A stretch of DNA of 56,804 bases. Source: Candidatus Omnitrophica bacterium UBA6215 (GTDB taxonomy: Bacteria; Omnitrophota; Gorgyraeia; Pluralincolimonadales; Pluralincolimonadaceae). Below, one piece after another: positions 8,830 to 19,767 of the stretch. The notes below the pieces were generated by a model, which saw only the letters and a list, made by a program, of their open reading frames with translations, had not been told where the DNA came from and made no database searches. The translations under genes were made by a program, and so were the position numbers. Positions within the stretch are counted from its first letter, which is position 1. Every line of letters begins with the position of its first letter. The DNA lies in the NCBI GenBank assembly GCA_002421665.1, contig DISH01000004.1, forward strand, positions 447,900-504,703, written 5' to 3'.

Positions 8830-11800
8830 ATGCAGCATTCGCATTTCGTCCACCTGCACGTGCACACGCAGTTCAGCCTTCTTGACGGCGCCTGCAAGAT
8901 ACCGGAACTTATAGCCCTCGCTAAAGAATACAGGATGCCTGCCGTGGCGCTTACCGACCACGGGAATATGTTCGGGGCGATAGAGTTCTATCTCGAGGCG
9001 ATGAAGAACGGCATAAAGCCCATAATCGGCTGCGAAATATATGTCGCTCCCGGTTCTCGTTTCGACAAATCCTCCTCGCCCAACGAAGAATCCGCTTATC
9101 ATCTTATATTGCTCTCCAAAGACGAAGAAGGTTACCGCAACCTCATGAAGCTGGTATCGGCCGGCTACCTCGAGGGTTTTTACTACAAGCCGAGGGTCGA
9201 CAAGGAACTTCTCGCCGCCTATTCAAAAGGCCTTATAGCGCAGTCGGCATGCCTGCAGGGGGAGATACCTTACCTTATCGTAAAAGGCAAGTACGAAGAA
9301 GCGAAGGTCGCGGCCGGCCGGTACAAGGAGATCTTCGGGGCGGGGAATTTCTACCTCGAGCTGCAAAAGAACCTTATCCCGGAACAGGAGATAGCAAATG
9401 CCGGCATCCTGAAGCTCTCGAAGGAACTGGATATCCCCCTGGTCGCCACGGGAGACGTACATTATCTTCACAAAAAATCCTCAAGGGCCCACGAGGGGCT
9501 GCTTTGCATCCAGACCCAGAGCACGCTTAACGATCCTGACCACATGAAGTTCTCTACCGACGAGTTCTATTTTAAGTCACCCGAAGAGTTCAAGGACATG
9601 TTCTCGGATGTCCCGCAGGCAGTGGCCAACACGGTAGAAATAGCGGAGAAGTGCAACCTTGAGCTTGATTTCAAAAGGACACACCTTCCCCAGTTTACGC
9701 CGCCTGACGGCAAGTCCAGGGAAGATTACCTTATGGAACTCGTGGAGGCCGGCCTCAATAAACGTTACAAGCAGATAGACGCGGCCGTGCGCGAAAGGGT
9801 CGAACACGAACTTAACATCATAAAGAAGACGGGGTTCACCAGCTATTTCCTCATCGCCTGGGACTTCATTAATTACTCTAAATCGAAGGGGATACCGGTC
9901 GGGCCGGGAAGGGGTTCCGCAGCCGGAAGCGTGGTCAGCTATGCGCTGGGAATAACGGACTTGGACCCGATAAAATACGACCTGATCTTCGAAAGGTTCC
10001 TCAACCCCGACCGCGTAAGTATGCCCGATATCGACATCGACTTCTGCTACGAGCGCAGGGGAGAAGTAATAGAATACGTCACAGAGAAATATTCGAAAGA
10101 GAACGTGGCGCAGGTAATAACCTTCGGTACGATGAAGGCCCGCGCGGTCATAAGGGACGTCGGCAGGGTAACGGGCATGAGCTATGGCGACGTCGACAGG
10201 ATAGCCAAACTGGTGCCGGAAGAATTGGGCATCACGCTCGACAAAGCCCTCAAGGTTGAACCCGAACTGCGTAATCTTTATAAAAGCGACCCGCAAATCA
10301 GGCAGTTAATAGATATATCGACCGAGCTTGAAGGACTCAACCGCCACGCCTCAACCCATGCCGCGGGGGTCGTGATATCTGACAGGCCGCTTACCGACTA
10401 TGTCCCGTTGTTCAAGACCTCCGAAGGCCAGATCTCCACGGGATATGAAATGAAGTCCCTGGAAAAGATAGGCCTGCTAAAGATGGACTTCCTGGGCTTG
10501 AGAACGCTCACGGTCATCGAAGAGACCGTAAAGACCATAAAGAGAACCAAGGGCCTGCAACTGGACCTCGACAATATACCCCTTGACGATCCCAAGACTT
10601 ATGAACTGCTCTCCAACGCGGAATCACTCGGCGTCTTCCAGCTTGAAAGTTCGGGCATGAGGGACATACTCCGCAAGCTCAGACCTACCACTTTCGAGGA
10701 CATAATAGCCATACTTGCTCTTTACAGGCCTGGCCCTATCGGAAGCGGCATGGTAGAGGACTTCATAAAGAGAAAACACGGCGAGATACCCATCAAGTAC
10801 GACCATAAACTGCTCGAACCCATACTCAAGGAAACATACGGCACGATAATATACCAAGAGCAGGTCATGCGCATCGCTTCGTCGCTGGCAGGCTTCTCCA
10901 TGTCACAGGCCGATTCCCTTAGGCGGGCCATGGGAAAGAAGATACCCGAAGAGATGGAACAGGCGCGTTCGAATTTCATAACCGGCGCTTCAAAGAACAA
11001 CATAGACAAGCGCACCGCCGAAAAGATATTCAACCTCATTGAATATTTTGCCGGGTACGGTTTCAACAAATCCCATTCGACGGCATACGCGCTGATCTCA
11101 TACAGGACCGCTTACCTCAAGGCAAATTATCCCGTTGAGTTCATGAGCGCGCTGATGACATCTGAACGCGATAACATCGATAAGGTGGCTTTCTATATCG
11201 AAGAATCGCAAAGGATGGACATACCCATCCAGCCTCCCAGCATAAACGAAAGCTTTTCGAAATTCACCGTATCCGGGAGTTCCATAAGGTTCGGCCTTGG
11301 CGCGGTAAAGAACGTAGGCCAGGGAGCTATAGATTCCGTGGTAAACGCCCGCAGCATGTCCGGAAAATTCAAAAATCTTTATGATTTCTGCGAGAGGGTG
11401 GACCTGAGGCTGGCAAACAGGAAAGTACTTGAAAGCCTCATAAAATGCGGTGCGTTCGACGAATTCGGCTTGCACAGGTCGCAGCTTACCGCGATGCTTG
11501 ATGATTGCCTGGAGTGCGGGGCCAATATGCACAGGGAACGCGCGAGCAGGCAATCGACCTTCTTCGAGGAATTCGGGGCGCACTCAAAAGCGCATCCCGC
11601 CAGGAGACACGAGCCGCCGAAGATACCCGAATGGCCGGAAAGCCAGCTCCTTGCCTTCGAGAAGGAGATGCTGGGTTTCTATGTCACGGGGCATCCCCTG
11701 GCAAAATATGACAAGCTCATACGTTCATATTCAACCTGCTCGGTAAAAGACCTGGGTAAGAGAAGACCTGACGAAGAGGTCAATATCGGCGGCATCATAT

Positions 11801-12273
11801 CGAAACTTAAATTCACGATAACCAAGGCCAAAAGCGAGAAGATGGCGATAATGGGTGTGGAAGACCTCACAGGCGAGACGGAAGTCCTTGTATTCCCCAA
11901 GGCCTTCGTAACTACCGAAAAACACATAAGAAAAGATGCCATAGTGTGCGTAAAAGGCAGGGTAAGCCTGAGGGAAGACAGGCCGAAGATAATAGCCAAC
12001 GATATAATCCCTCTGGATGAGGTACAGAAGAGATATACGCAGGCCATAATAATCAACCTCGACGCAGGCATTGGCGAAGACTCCATGACCAGGCTCAAGA
12101 CCGTGCTCGAGTCTCACCCGGGGACCGCTCCGGTCTATCTCCATTTCAAGATGGCCGACGGGAAGAGGTTTGAGATATCGGTGGAGGAAAAACTTAAGGT
12201 CGAACCTTCCGACATCCTGACGACAGAAATAGAGAAACTACTCGGCGACGGCGTCGTAACATTCAAGACTTGA
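8830..12273 (+). CDS. dnaE: DNA polymerase III subunit alpha
   Basis: 1147 aa. N-terminal PHP domain (FVHLHVHTQFSLLDG), Pol IIIalpha palm/fingers (PDIDIDF, LKMDFLGLRTL), HhH and C-terminal OB fold. Confidence 0.95.
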   Translation: MQHSHFVHLHVHTQFSLLDGACKIPELIALAKEYRMPAVALTDHGNMFGAIEFYLEAMKNGIKPIIGCEIYVAPGSRFDKSSSPNEESAYHLILLSKDEEGYRNLMKLVSAGYLEGFYYKPRVDKELLAAYSKGLIAQSACLQGEIPYLIVKGKYEEAKVAAGRYKEIFGAGNFYLELQKNLIPEQEIANAGILKLSKELDIPLVATGDVHYLHKKSSRAHEGLLCIQTQSTLNDPDHMKFSTDEFYFKSPEEFKDMFSDVPQAVANTVEIAEKCNLELDFKRTHLPQFTPPDGKSREDYLMELVEAGLNKRYKQIDAAVRERVEHELNIIKKTGFTSYFLIAWDFINYSKSKGIPVGPGRGSAAGSVVSYALGITDLDPIKYDLIFERFLNPDRVSMPDIDIDFCYERRGEVIEYVTEKYSKENVAQVITFGTMKARAVIRDVGRVTGMSYGDVDRIAKLVPEELGITLDKALKVEPELRNLYKSDPQIRQLIDISTELEGLNRHASTHAAGVVISDRPLTDYVPLFKTSEGQISTGYEMKSLEKIGLLKMDFLGLRTLTVIEETVKTIKRTKGLQLDLDNIPLDDPKTYELLSNAESLGVFQLESSGMRDILRKLRPTTFEDIIAILALYRPGPIGSGMVEDFIKRKHGEIPIKYDHKLLEPILKETYGTIIYQEQVMRIASSLAGFSMSQADSLRRAMGKKIPEEMEQARSNFITGASKNNIDKRTAEKIFNLIEYFAGYGFNKSHSTAYALISYRTAYLKANYPVEFMSALMTSERDNIDKVAFYIEESQRMDIPIQPPSINESFSKFTVSGSSIRFGLGAVKNVGQGAIDSVVNARSMSGKFKNLYDFCERVDLRLANRKVLESLIKCGAFDEFGLHRSQLTAMLDDCLECGANMHRERASRQSTFFEEFGAHSKAHPARRHEPPKIPEWPESQLLAFEKEMLGFYVTGHPLAKYDKLIRSYSTCSVKDLGKRRPDEEVNIGGIISKLKFTITKAKSEKMAIMGVEDLTGETEVLVFPKAFVTTEKHIRKDAIVCVKGRVSLREDRPKIIANDIIPLDEVQKRYTQAIIINLDAGIGEDSMTRLKTVLESHPGTAPVYLHFKMADGKRFEISVEEKLKVEPSDILTTEIEKLLGDGVVTFKT

Positions 12274-12299
12274 CAAAGTGCCGGATAACTAACTATAAT
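12270..12299 (+). promoter_or_regulatory. Sigma-70-type promoter of the HU/IHF gene
   Basis: TTGACA (12270-12275, overlapping the dnaE stop), 18 nt, TATAAT (12294-12299). Confidence 0.6.
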
Positions 12300-12348
12300 A
12301 GTACTAATAATTTACGGATACTTTGTTACAACTTTAAGGAGGACCGGC

Positions 12349-12621
12349 ATGACAAAGAAAGAGATAGTCCTGCAAATATCCAATGAAACAGGACTGAAAC
12401 AGGTTGATGTAAAGATCATCGTCCAGAGGACTCTCGATATGATAGTCGAGGCCCTCTCCAACAATGAGACGGTGGAACTCAGGAATTTCGGCATATTCAA
12501 GGTAAAGTCACGGCGCGGAAGGACGGGAAGGAACCCGCGTACCGGCGTAACGGTCCCCGTACCTCCCAAAAAAGTAGCCGTATTCAAGCCGGGATTAGTA
12601 ATGAAGCAGAAGGTCAAGTGA
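12349..12621 (+). CDS. HU/IHF family DNA-binding protein
   Basis: 90 aa. KKEIV..., RNFGIFKVKSRRGRTGRNPRTGVTVPVPPKKVAVFKPG is the typical beta-arm. AAGGAGG SD. Confidence 0.85.
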   Translation: MTKKEIVLQISNETGLKQVDVKIIVQRTLDMIVEALSNNETVELRNFGIFKVKSRRGRTGRNPRTGVTVPVPPKKVAVFKPGLVMKQKVK

Positions 12622-12649
12622 CCGGCCTAAACCTGCCAAATCTCCCTTA

Positions 12650-13918
12650 ATGAAAGAACAGATAAGAGCGCTACGGGGGACAAAAGACCTCCTTCTTAAA
12701 GAAGCCAGGCTATGGACGACCCTTGAGGCGAAAGCCAGGGCCGTCTTTAATGCTTTTGGGTATGAAGAGATACGCGTCCCCATAATCGAGGAATCTTCCC
12801 TTTTTGTCCGTTCCCTGGGAGAAGGGACGGATATCGTAGATAAACAAATGTTCACCTTCATTGACCGCGGCAAACGGTCGATAACCCTCCGTCCGGAAGC
12901 TACGGCATCCGTGGTCAGGGCCTACCTTGAGAATAACCTTATCAACGAGATGGGTTTCGCAAAGTTATTCTACATGGGCCCTATGTTCAGGGCTGAAAGG
13001 CCCCAGGCCGGCAGGATGAGACAATTCCACCAGATGGGCGTGGAAGCAATAGGCTCATACAGCCCGTACCTGGACGCGGAAGTTATCGCCCTTATCGCGG
13101 CAGTCCTGGACTCAATTGGAGTGGCGGGATATTCCATAAAGATCAATTCCCTTGGCTGCCCCTCGGACAAGAAGAAACTGGCCGAGGCGCTGCGCAAGGC
13201 CGTAATAAACAATTTAGACAAACTCTGCGACGACTGCAAGGTCCGGTATGAAAAGAACGCCCTTCGTATACTCGATTGTAAGAATGATACCTGCAAGAAG
13301 ATACTAAGGGATGCGTTCAGGGGAACGGGAGAATGTCTCTGCCCGGATTGCCTGTCGCACTTCGAGACCGTAAAGAAGGCGCTTGACGGCCTGAAGATAA
13401 ATTATATCGTCGACCCCTACCTTGTAAGGGGGCTCGACTATTACACGAAGACCACGTTCGAAGTGACCCACAAGAAACTTGGGGCGCAGGACGCAATAGG
13501 CGCCGGCGGAAGGTATGACAACCTCATCGAGGAACTCGGGGGACAGGCCAAGGGAGCCTGCGGTTTTGCCATCGGAATGGAGAGGACCGTGATGGCACTC
13601 GCAGAGATACCGGAACTTTCCGATGGCATAAAGGTATTCTTTGCCACCATGGGCGAGGAAGAATATAAGATCGCCTTCAACATGGCGATGGAACTTAGGG
13701 TGCAGGGAATATCCTGTGAACTTGATTATGAAGGAAAGTCCCTTAAGGCGCAGATGAGGGCGGCGGACAGGCTCGGCGCCAAGTACGCCGCCATAATCGG
13801 GGGGGACGAACTCAAGAACCGTTCGGTTACGCTGCGAAACATGTCCACAAAAGAACAAAAAACAGTCCCGGAGAGGGACTTTATATCAGAGATGGAAAGG
13901 ATATTTTTCAATATATGA
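12650..13918 (+). CDS. hisS: Histidine--tRNA ligase
   Basis: 422 aa class II aaRS. RALRGTKDLL N-terminus, RPEATASVVRAY, FRAERPQAGRMRQFHQ, GGGRYDNL, C-terminal anticodon-binding domain. Confidence 0.95.
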   Translation: MKEQIRALRGTKDLLLKEARLWTTLEAKARAVFNAFGYEEIRVPIIEESSLFVRSLGEGTDIVDKQMFTFIDRGKRSITLRPEATASVVRAYLENNLINEMGFAKLFYMGPMFRAERPQAGRMRQFHQMGVEAIGSYSPYLDAEVIALIAAVLDSIGVAGYSIKINSLGCPSDKKKLAEALRKAVINNLDKLCDDCKVRYEKNALRILDCKNDTCKKILRDAFRGTGECLCPDCLSHFETVKKALDGLKINYIVDPYLVRGLDYYTKTTFEVTHKKLGAQDAIGAGGRYDNLIEELGGQAKGACGFAIGMERTVMALAEIPELSDGIKVFFATMGEEEYKIAFNMAMELRVQGISCELDYEGKSLKAQMRAADRLGAKYAAIIGGDELKNRSVTLRNMSTKEQKTVPERDFISEMERIFFNI

Positions 13919-15687
13919 AGAGAACCCATACTTGCGGCGAATTGACTTCCGCGGACAACGGCAAAAAAGTCACCCTTTGCGGGTGGGTCCACAGAAGACG
14001 CGACCATGGAGGGCTTATATTCATTGACCTGCGCGACAGGTACGGGCTGACACAGATAGTCTTTAACCCTTCTACGTCAAAGGACCTGCACGATACGGCC
14101 GAAACCCTTCGCAATGAATTTGTAATTATGGTTGAAGGGACCGTCGCCATGAGGCCGAAGGGGACCGAGAACCCCAAGATCAAGACCGGGGAGATCGAGA
14201 TATCCGTCGGGGCACTCACCATACTCAACACCGCTCAGACACCTCCGTTCGAGATCGAAGATGACGGGCAGATCTCGGAAGAACTCAGGTACGCCTACAG
14301 GTTCATTGACCTGAGGAGGAAAACGGCGCGCGACAAGCTGATAATACGCCACAAGGTCTGCCAGATTGCCAGGAGCTTCCTGGATAACGAGGGCTTCATC
14401 GAGGTGGAGACCCCCATACTCACAAAATCAACTCCCGAAGGAGCAAGGGACTACCTGGTCCCCAGCCGCGTCAACACGGGAAAATTTTTCGCGTTGCCGC
14501 AGTCCCCGCAGCTTTTTAAGCAGGTCCTGATGGTATCGGGGCTTGACAGGTACTTCCAGATAGCAAAGTGTTTCCGTGACGAAGACCTTAGGGCGGACAG
14601 GCAGCCTGAGTTCACCCAGATAGATATCGAGATGTCATTCGTGGACGTAGACGACGTACTCGATATAACCGAGAGGATGATAAAAGAGATATTCAAGTCG
14701 GCAATAAACGTCGAACTCAAGACCCCGTTCCCGAGGATAAAACATAAAGAAGCCATGGACAGGTTCGGAACAGACAAACCCGATACCCGTTTCGGGCTGG
14801 AACTTTCCGACATAACAGAAACGGTCAAGGGAAGCCAGTTCCAGACATTCGAAAGACTGATACAATCGGGCGGAATAATAAAAGCCCTGAACCTGAAGGG
14901 AAAGTCGGATATATCGAGAAGTGAGATAGATACCCTTACGGAGATCGCCATAAAAGGCGGCGCGAAAGGACTGGCATATTTCAAAGTAACGGACAACGGC
15001 CTCGATTCGCCCATATCAAAGTTCTTCCCGGAGGCCCAGCAGAAGGCCCTCATCAAGAAGATGGGCGCGGCAAAAGGCGACATGATACTCGCCGTAGCCG
15101 ATAGAACGGCTGTCGTAAATTCTGCGCTTGCTTACCTGAGAACTTCTCTCGCCGAAAAATATTCGCTTATCGACAAGGGCAGGTTCGATTTCCTCTGGGT
15201 GGTGGAATTCCCCTGGTTCAAATACAACGATGAGGAGAGCCGCTGGGAGGCGGAACACCACCCGTTCACGGCTCCATATGACGAGGACAGGGAATATATA
15301 GAAAAGGACCCGGCAAGAGTAAGGGCAAAAGCATACGACCTGGTCCTGAACGGCGTCGAGATGAGTTCGGGCTCCATAAGGATCCATGACAAAGAGACCC
15401 AGCAAAAGATATTCAGGGCCATAGGCCTCGGAGAGGAAGAGATCAAGGCACGGTTCGGTTTCCTGTTGGAGGCCTTTTCGTATGGCGCGCCGCCCCACGG
15501 CGGCATCGCCCCGGGCCTGGACAGGCTGGTAGCCATGATGACCGGCACGGACAGTATAAGGGATGTAATAGCGTTCCCGAAGACGCAAAAAGCGGTCTGC
15601 TTCATGACCGGAGCGCCTTCCGAAGTATCCGGCAAACAACTCAAGGAATTGGGGATTTCCATAAACGGGCAAGCTCTAAAAAAATAG
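13915..15687 (+). CDS. aspS: Aspartate--tRNA ligase
   Basis: 590 aa. N-terminal OB fold (VTLCGWVHRRRDHGGLIFIDLRDRYG), class II motifs FRDEDLRADRQPEFTQID and GGIAPGLDRL, GAD insertion. ATGA overlap with hisS. Confidence 0.95.
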   Translation: MKRTHTCGELTSADNGKKVTLCGWVHRRRDHGGLIFIDLRDRYGLTQIVFNPSTSKDLHDTAETLRNEFVIMVEGTVAMRPKGTENPKIKTGEIEISVGALTILNTAQTPPFEIEDDGQISEELRYAYRFIDLRRKTARDKLIIRHKVCQIARSFLDNEGFIEVETPILTKSTPEGARDYLVPSRVNTGKFFALPQSPQLFKQVLMVSGLDRYFQIAKCFRDEDLRADRQPEFTQIDIEMSFVDVDDVLDITERMIKEIFKSAINVELKTPFPRIKHKEAMDRFGTDKPDTRFGLELSDITETVKGSQFQTFERLIQSGGIIKALNLKGKSDISRSEIDTLTEIAIKGGAKGLAYFKVTDNGLDSPISKFFPEAQQKALIKKMGAAKGDMILAVADRTAVVNSALAYLRTSLAEKYSLIDKGRFDFLWVVEFPWFKYNDEESRWEAEHHPFTAPYDEDREYIEKDPARVRAKAYDLVLNGVEMSSGSIRIHDKETQQKIFRAIGLGEEEIKARFGFLLEAFSYGAPPHGGIAPGLDRLVAMMTGTDSIRDVIAFPKTQKAVCFMTGAPSEVSGKQLKELGISINGQALKK

Positions 15688-15699
15688 GAGGAGGGGAGC

Positions 15700-16233
15700 A
15701 TGAGGAAATATGCGGTGTCAGTCGTAATGTTGTTAGTGGCAGCGTCCCTCGCGGGATGTTCAGTGAATACAAAGATGGTCACCAGAGAGAGGGTCGACCA
15801 GGACTTGAGCGATTCGTCCGGGAACCGCGGTTATCTTATGGGGACCGCGCCTTCGGCCGGAGAAAGGAAGACCACCAGGGAATACATGGAAGTCCAGGTA
15901 GAGGTCTCTTCGGTCGAAAAGGAGAGCAGGGCCAGAGGCACAACTAACGAGACCGCCGCGGTAACGAATTATGAAACAGGTTCTTCTTATGAACCCGTAG
16001 TAGAAGAGATAGAGGTAGCGGCAGAGGAAGAGTTCGCGGATTACAAGGTCCAGAAGAACGATACTCTCCAAAAGATATCCTTGAAGTTCTACGGGACGAC
16101 CAAGAAATGGAAAATCCTCTTCAACGCAAACAAGGATATCCTTAAGTCCCCGGATAGGCTCCGTCCCGGTATGACCATAAGGATACCAAAGGCCGGCGCG
16201 GTCATCATAGAGGATAACGAATACATAAAATAG
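15700..16233 (+). CDS. LysM domain lipoprotein
   Basis: Signal peptide with lipobox LAGC (residues 17-20). C-terminal LysM (YKVQKNDTLQKISLKFYG...LRPGMTIRIP). Confidence 0.7.
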   Translation: MRKYAVSVVMLLVAASLAGCSVNTKMVTRERVDQDLSDSSGNRGYLMGTAPSAGERKTTREYMEVQVEVSSVEKESRARGTTNETAAVTNYETGSSYEPVVEEIEVAAEEEFADYKVQKNDTLQKISLKFYGTTKKWKILFNANKDILKSPDRLRPGMTIRIPKAGAVIIEDNEYIK

Positions 16234-16239
16234 GTTGTT

Positions 16240-17193
16240 ATGGACAAAACCTTTAAGCTGGTAAGCAACGAGGAAGCGCGCGTCCTGTTCGGAAGGCATG
16301 ACGAAAACCTGAGGACCATCGAGAGGGAGTTCGACGTCAAAGTCACCGCCCGCGGGGAAAATCTCACCATCGGCGGCGACGGCAGGAAAGTCGAAAAAGC
16401 CTCCAAGCTGTTCGAGCAGCTGCTCGATATTATCAGGATGGGCCGCGCCGTGCACCAGCACGAGATACTCTACGCCATCAAGGCCCTGCAGGGAAGCAGC
16501 GACATAGACCTGCACTCCATCTACCTTGACAAGATAGAGATAATGTCCAAGAAGCTTTTTGTCACACCAAAGACGGCCGGGCAAAAGACATATGTAGACG
16601 CCATAAGGCAGTTCGATATCGTGTTCGGGATAGGACCCGCGGGTACGGGAAAAACCTACCTTGCCATGGCTATGGCCATAAACGCGCTTAAGCTCGGACA
16701 TGTAAGCAGGATAGTCCTTACCAGGCCTGCGGTAGAAGCGGGAGAGAGCCTGGGCTTCCTGCCGGGGGACCTTGAGGAGAAGGTATCGCCTTACCTGAGG
16801 CCCCTCTATGACGCGCTTTATGAAATGATGGACCTAGATAAGGCAGAAAGGTTCCTCAGCAGGGGGGTAATAGAAGTGGCACCCCTGGCTTTTATGAGAG
16901 GAAGGACGCTCAATGATTCGTTCATCATCCTGGATGAAGCGCAAAACGCCACGGCGGAACAGATGAAGATGTTCCTGACAAGATTGGGCTTCGATTCCAA
17001 AACCGTGATAACCGGAGATCTTACGCAAAGCGACCTGCCGGGGGGCAAAGCGGTCGGCCTGCTCCAGGCGCAGGAAGTGTTAAAAGATATAGAGGGAATA
17101 AAATTCACTTACTTCACGGGAGATGACGTAGTTAGGCACGAGTTGGTCCAGGATATAATAAAGGCCTACGAGAGGTACAACGGAAAACAATGA
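16240..17193 (+). CDS. phoH: PhoH family ATPase
   Basis: Walker A GPAGTGKTYLA, Walker B FIILDEAQN, C-terminal VVRHELV. Sits in the conserved phoH-HD-ybeY-dgkA arrangement. Confidence 0.9.
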   Translation: MDKTFKLVSNEEARVLFGRHDENLRTIEREFDVKVTARGENLTIGGDGRKVEKASKLFEQLLDIIRMGRAVHQHEILYAIKALQGSSDIDLHSIYLDKIEIMSKKLFVTPKTAGQKTYVDAIRQFDIVFGIGPAGTGKTYLAMAMAINALKLGHVSRIVLTRPAVEAGESLGFLPGDLEEKVSPYLRPLYDALYEMMDLDKAERFLSRGVIEVAPLAFMRGRTLNDSFIILDEAQNATAEQMKMFLTRLGFDSKTVITGDLTQSDLPGGKAVGLLQAQEVLKDIEGIKFTYFTGDDVVRHELVQDIIKAYERYNGKQ

Positions 17194-19376
17194 TATACAA
17201 AGAGATGTTCAAAAGATCCAGACCTTTGCCCAGGGATATATCTGCAAGGCTGCTTATAGCCATAGGCACGTGCATAGCCCTCATATCCGTCATCTACCTG
17301 GGAAAGACGCCCTACGGCGGCCAGCCACAGGTCGGAAAGGTCGCTGACAGGGACATCTACGCTCCCATGGACTTCTCGTTCAAGGCCGGGGTAGACAACG
17401 AAAAAACGACCGAGATGAAGAATGAAGCCGCCCTGGCGGTAAAGGATGTCTATGACATCGACCCGGCCGTATACGACGCCGCTTCCGAGAACATCAAGGC
17501 AGTCTTCTCGGCCGTTAAAGAGGCTAAAGCCTCGGAGAACCTAAATTCGGAAGAAAAGCTCTCACGACTGAGGGCATTGAATAAGTTCGGCCTGTCGGAC
17601 GCCGACCTTAAAATCCTGCTGCAATCGCCGGATACCGACAAGGCGGAACCGATAATATTGAAACAACTCGGTGACGCCTTCTCCCAGGGCATAATCTCCG
17701 CGGAGGAGAAGGAAAGCCTCAAGAAGCAGGGCAAGAACGTTATACGCGTAAGAAATATCAACGCGAAAACGGAATCCGACACAGAGACTAAATCCCTTAA
17801 GACGCCTTCGGAACTTTCGGCTTCAGATTTCAATGAACAGGCAATATCCGACAATAAGCTGAAATCCGCCGTAAGGAGTATGGCCATAGGCTCGCTCTCA
17901 ACTAACCTCAAATCCAACGCTGTAGAGACATCCTCCCGCAGGGAGAAGGCGATAGCCGCCGTCCCGGACCAGGACAAATATATAGACGTACTCATGGGCG
18001 AACAGATAATAAGGAAGGGCGAGAAGGTGACCGCTTTCCACCTGGCTAAATTCGAGGCAATAAGGATATTGTCTGTATCGGAAAAAAAGTTCGCCCTGTC
18101 CATATTCGGCATAGCCCTTGTGGTAATCATCCTGGTGGTAATACCAGCCATGTATTTCAAATATTACGAACCCGCGATCTATTCAAACAACAGGCACCTG
18201 TCTCTTATTGCTGCGATGGTCGTAGTCATGACGGCGATAGGAAAAGCCATATCCCTTTCCGGGGGCCCGGCATATCTTGTCCCTGTAGCAATAGGGCCCA
18301 TATTGATAGCATTGCTGCTGGGAGTCAGGCCGGCCATAATAATGGCCCTGGTATCAAGCCTGTTGGCCGGGCTTGTGGTGGGAGAACGCTTTGATTCTTC
18401 GTTGACGTTTATTGCAGGAAGTGTCGTGGGCGTATATATGGTAAGGTCGGTCCGCAACAGGTCCGAGCTCTTCAAAGCAGGCGTAGTGGTGGGGATTGTA
18501 GGGGCTTTCTGCGCGATAGGCCTGGGCATCCTGAATAACCTGGAAAGCGACATCTTATTCAAGGATGCGGCAATGTATTTCATGAACGGCCTCGCGGTAG
18601 GAGTGATAATAGTCGGGACCCTGCATATTTTTGAGTCGCTTTTCCATATAACCACCAACATATCGCTCCTTGAACTGGCCGACCCTAATAAACCGCTTCT
18701 AAAGGAACTTATACTCAAGGCTCCGGGAACATACCACCACAGCCTTATAGTCGGCAACCTCGCTGAATCCGCCTGCGATGCCATAGGGGCCAACGGCCTG
18801 CTTGCCAGAGTCGGGTCATATTACCACGATATAGGTAAGGTGGAAAAATCCGAGTATTTCGCGGAAAACCAGATGGTCTCCGAAAGCCAGCACGATAAAC
18901 TGGCGCCGACCATGTCGAGTTTGATAATAATTAACCACGTAAAGGACGGCATCGAAAAAGCGAAAAAAGCCGGACTTAACAAGGCGCTGATAGATTTCAT
19001 AGAACAACACCACGGGACCGGCCTTATTTATTACTTCTACCAGAGGGCCCTGGAATCCGTGGAAGACCTCGCCAAGCTCGAGGAAGAAGGGTTCAGGTAT
19101 CCCGGGCCGAAACCACAGACCAAGGAGACGGCGATAGTCCACCTGGCCGATTCGGTAGAGGCGGCATCACGCACCCTGCAGAACCCGACCCCTTCCAACC
19201 TCGAAGAACTGGTCAGGAGGATCATAAACAACAAGTTCATAGACGGCCAGCTTGACGAATGTGACCTGACGCTCAAGGACCTTAATACTATCGCCGCGAC
19301 CTTTACCAAGGTATTGACCGGCGTATACCATACAAGGGTCCAATACCCGAATGGCAAAGACAAGAACGGAGCGTAA
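17190..19376 (+). CDS. 7TM-receptor-type HD/HDIG phosphohydrolase (YqfF/PgpH-like)
   Basis: 728 aa. N-terminal TM helix plus extracytoplasmic region, a block of about 7 TM helices, cytoplasmic HD domain (HHSLIVGNL...YYHDIGK). ATGA overlap with phoH. Confidence 0.8.
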   Translation: MIYKEMFKRSRPLPRDISARLLIAIGTCIALISVIYLGKTPYGGQPQVGKVADRDIYAPMDFSFKAGVDNEKTTEMKNEAALAVKDVYDIDPAVYDAASENIKAVFSAVKEAKASENLNSEEKLSRLRALNKFGLSDADLKILLQSPDTDKAEPIILKQLGDAFSQGIISAEEKESLKKQGKNVIRVRNINAKTESDTETKSLKTPSELSASDFNEQAISDNKLKSAVRSMAIGSLSTNLKSNAVETSSRREKAIAAVPDQDKYIDVLMGEQIIRKGEKVTAFHLAKFEAIRILSVSEKKFALSIFGIALVVIILVVIPAMYFKYYEPAIYSNNRHLSLIAAMVVVMTAIGKAISLSGGPAYLVPVAIGPILIALLLGVRPAIIMALVSSLLAGLVVGERFDSSLTFIAGSVVGVYMVRSVRNRSELFKAGVVVGIVGAFCAIGLGILNNLESDILFKDAAMYFMNGLAVGVIIVGTLHIFESLFHITTNISLLELADPNKPLLKELILKAPGTYHHSLIVGNLAESACDAIGANGLLARVGSYYHDIGKVEKSEYFAENQMVSESQHDKLAPTMSSLIIINHVKDGIEKAKKAGLNKALIDFIEQHHGTGLIYYFYQRALESVEDLAKLEEEGFRYPGPKPQTKETAIVHLADSVEAASRTLQNPTPSNLEELVRRIINNKFIDGQLDECDLTLKDLNTIAATFTKVLTGVYHTRVQYPNGKDKNGA

Positions 19377-19767
19377 GGACCGGACAGCCATATTGACGCA
19401 GGACGCGAGATTACCGTTCTCGAAAGAGACCGCGCGAAAGTATGCGTCAAGGGTTCTCGGGGAATTGGGTTCGAGGAAAAGAAGCATAAATATACTCTTC
19501 CTGGATGATAAGGGCATACGCCGCCTGAACAGGAAGTTCAAGAACAGGCGCGCGGCTACGGATGTCCTGGCCTTCGAGACCGGGGATATAGCGATATCGG
19601 TCGATACCGCCGGCAAGAACGCCAAGAGGTTCGGTACAGGCATCTCCGATGAACTTAAATTGTACATTATACACGGCATACTGCATCTCTCGGGATATGA
19701 TGATACTTTATTCGGGGACCGTAAAAAAATGAGGAAGAAGGAAAAGGAACTCTTGGACAAAATATGA
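19351..19767 (+). CDS. ybeY: rRNA maturation endoribonuclease YbeY
   Basis: HGILHLSGYDD zinc-binding motif. Position after phoH/HD gene. The exact start is uncertain (the ORF overlaps the previous gene by 26 nt). Confidence 0.85.
   Translation: MAKTRTERKDRTAILTQDARLPFSKETARKYASRVLGELGSRKRSINILFLDDKGIRRLNRKFKNRRAATDVLAFETGDIAISVDTAGKNAKRFGTGISDELKLYIIHGILHLSGYDDTLFGDRKKMRKKEKELLDKI

Noticed and set aside
8582-8914. 110-aa plus-strand ORF bridging the guaA/dnaE junction.
   Set aside because: It is out of frame with two strongly supported genes. Its product is Arg-rich, which is typical of a frame-shifted translation of GC-rich coding DNA.
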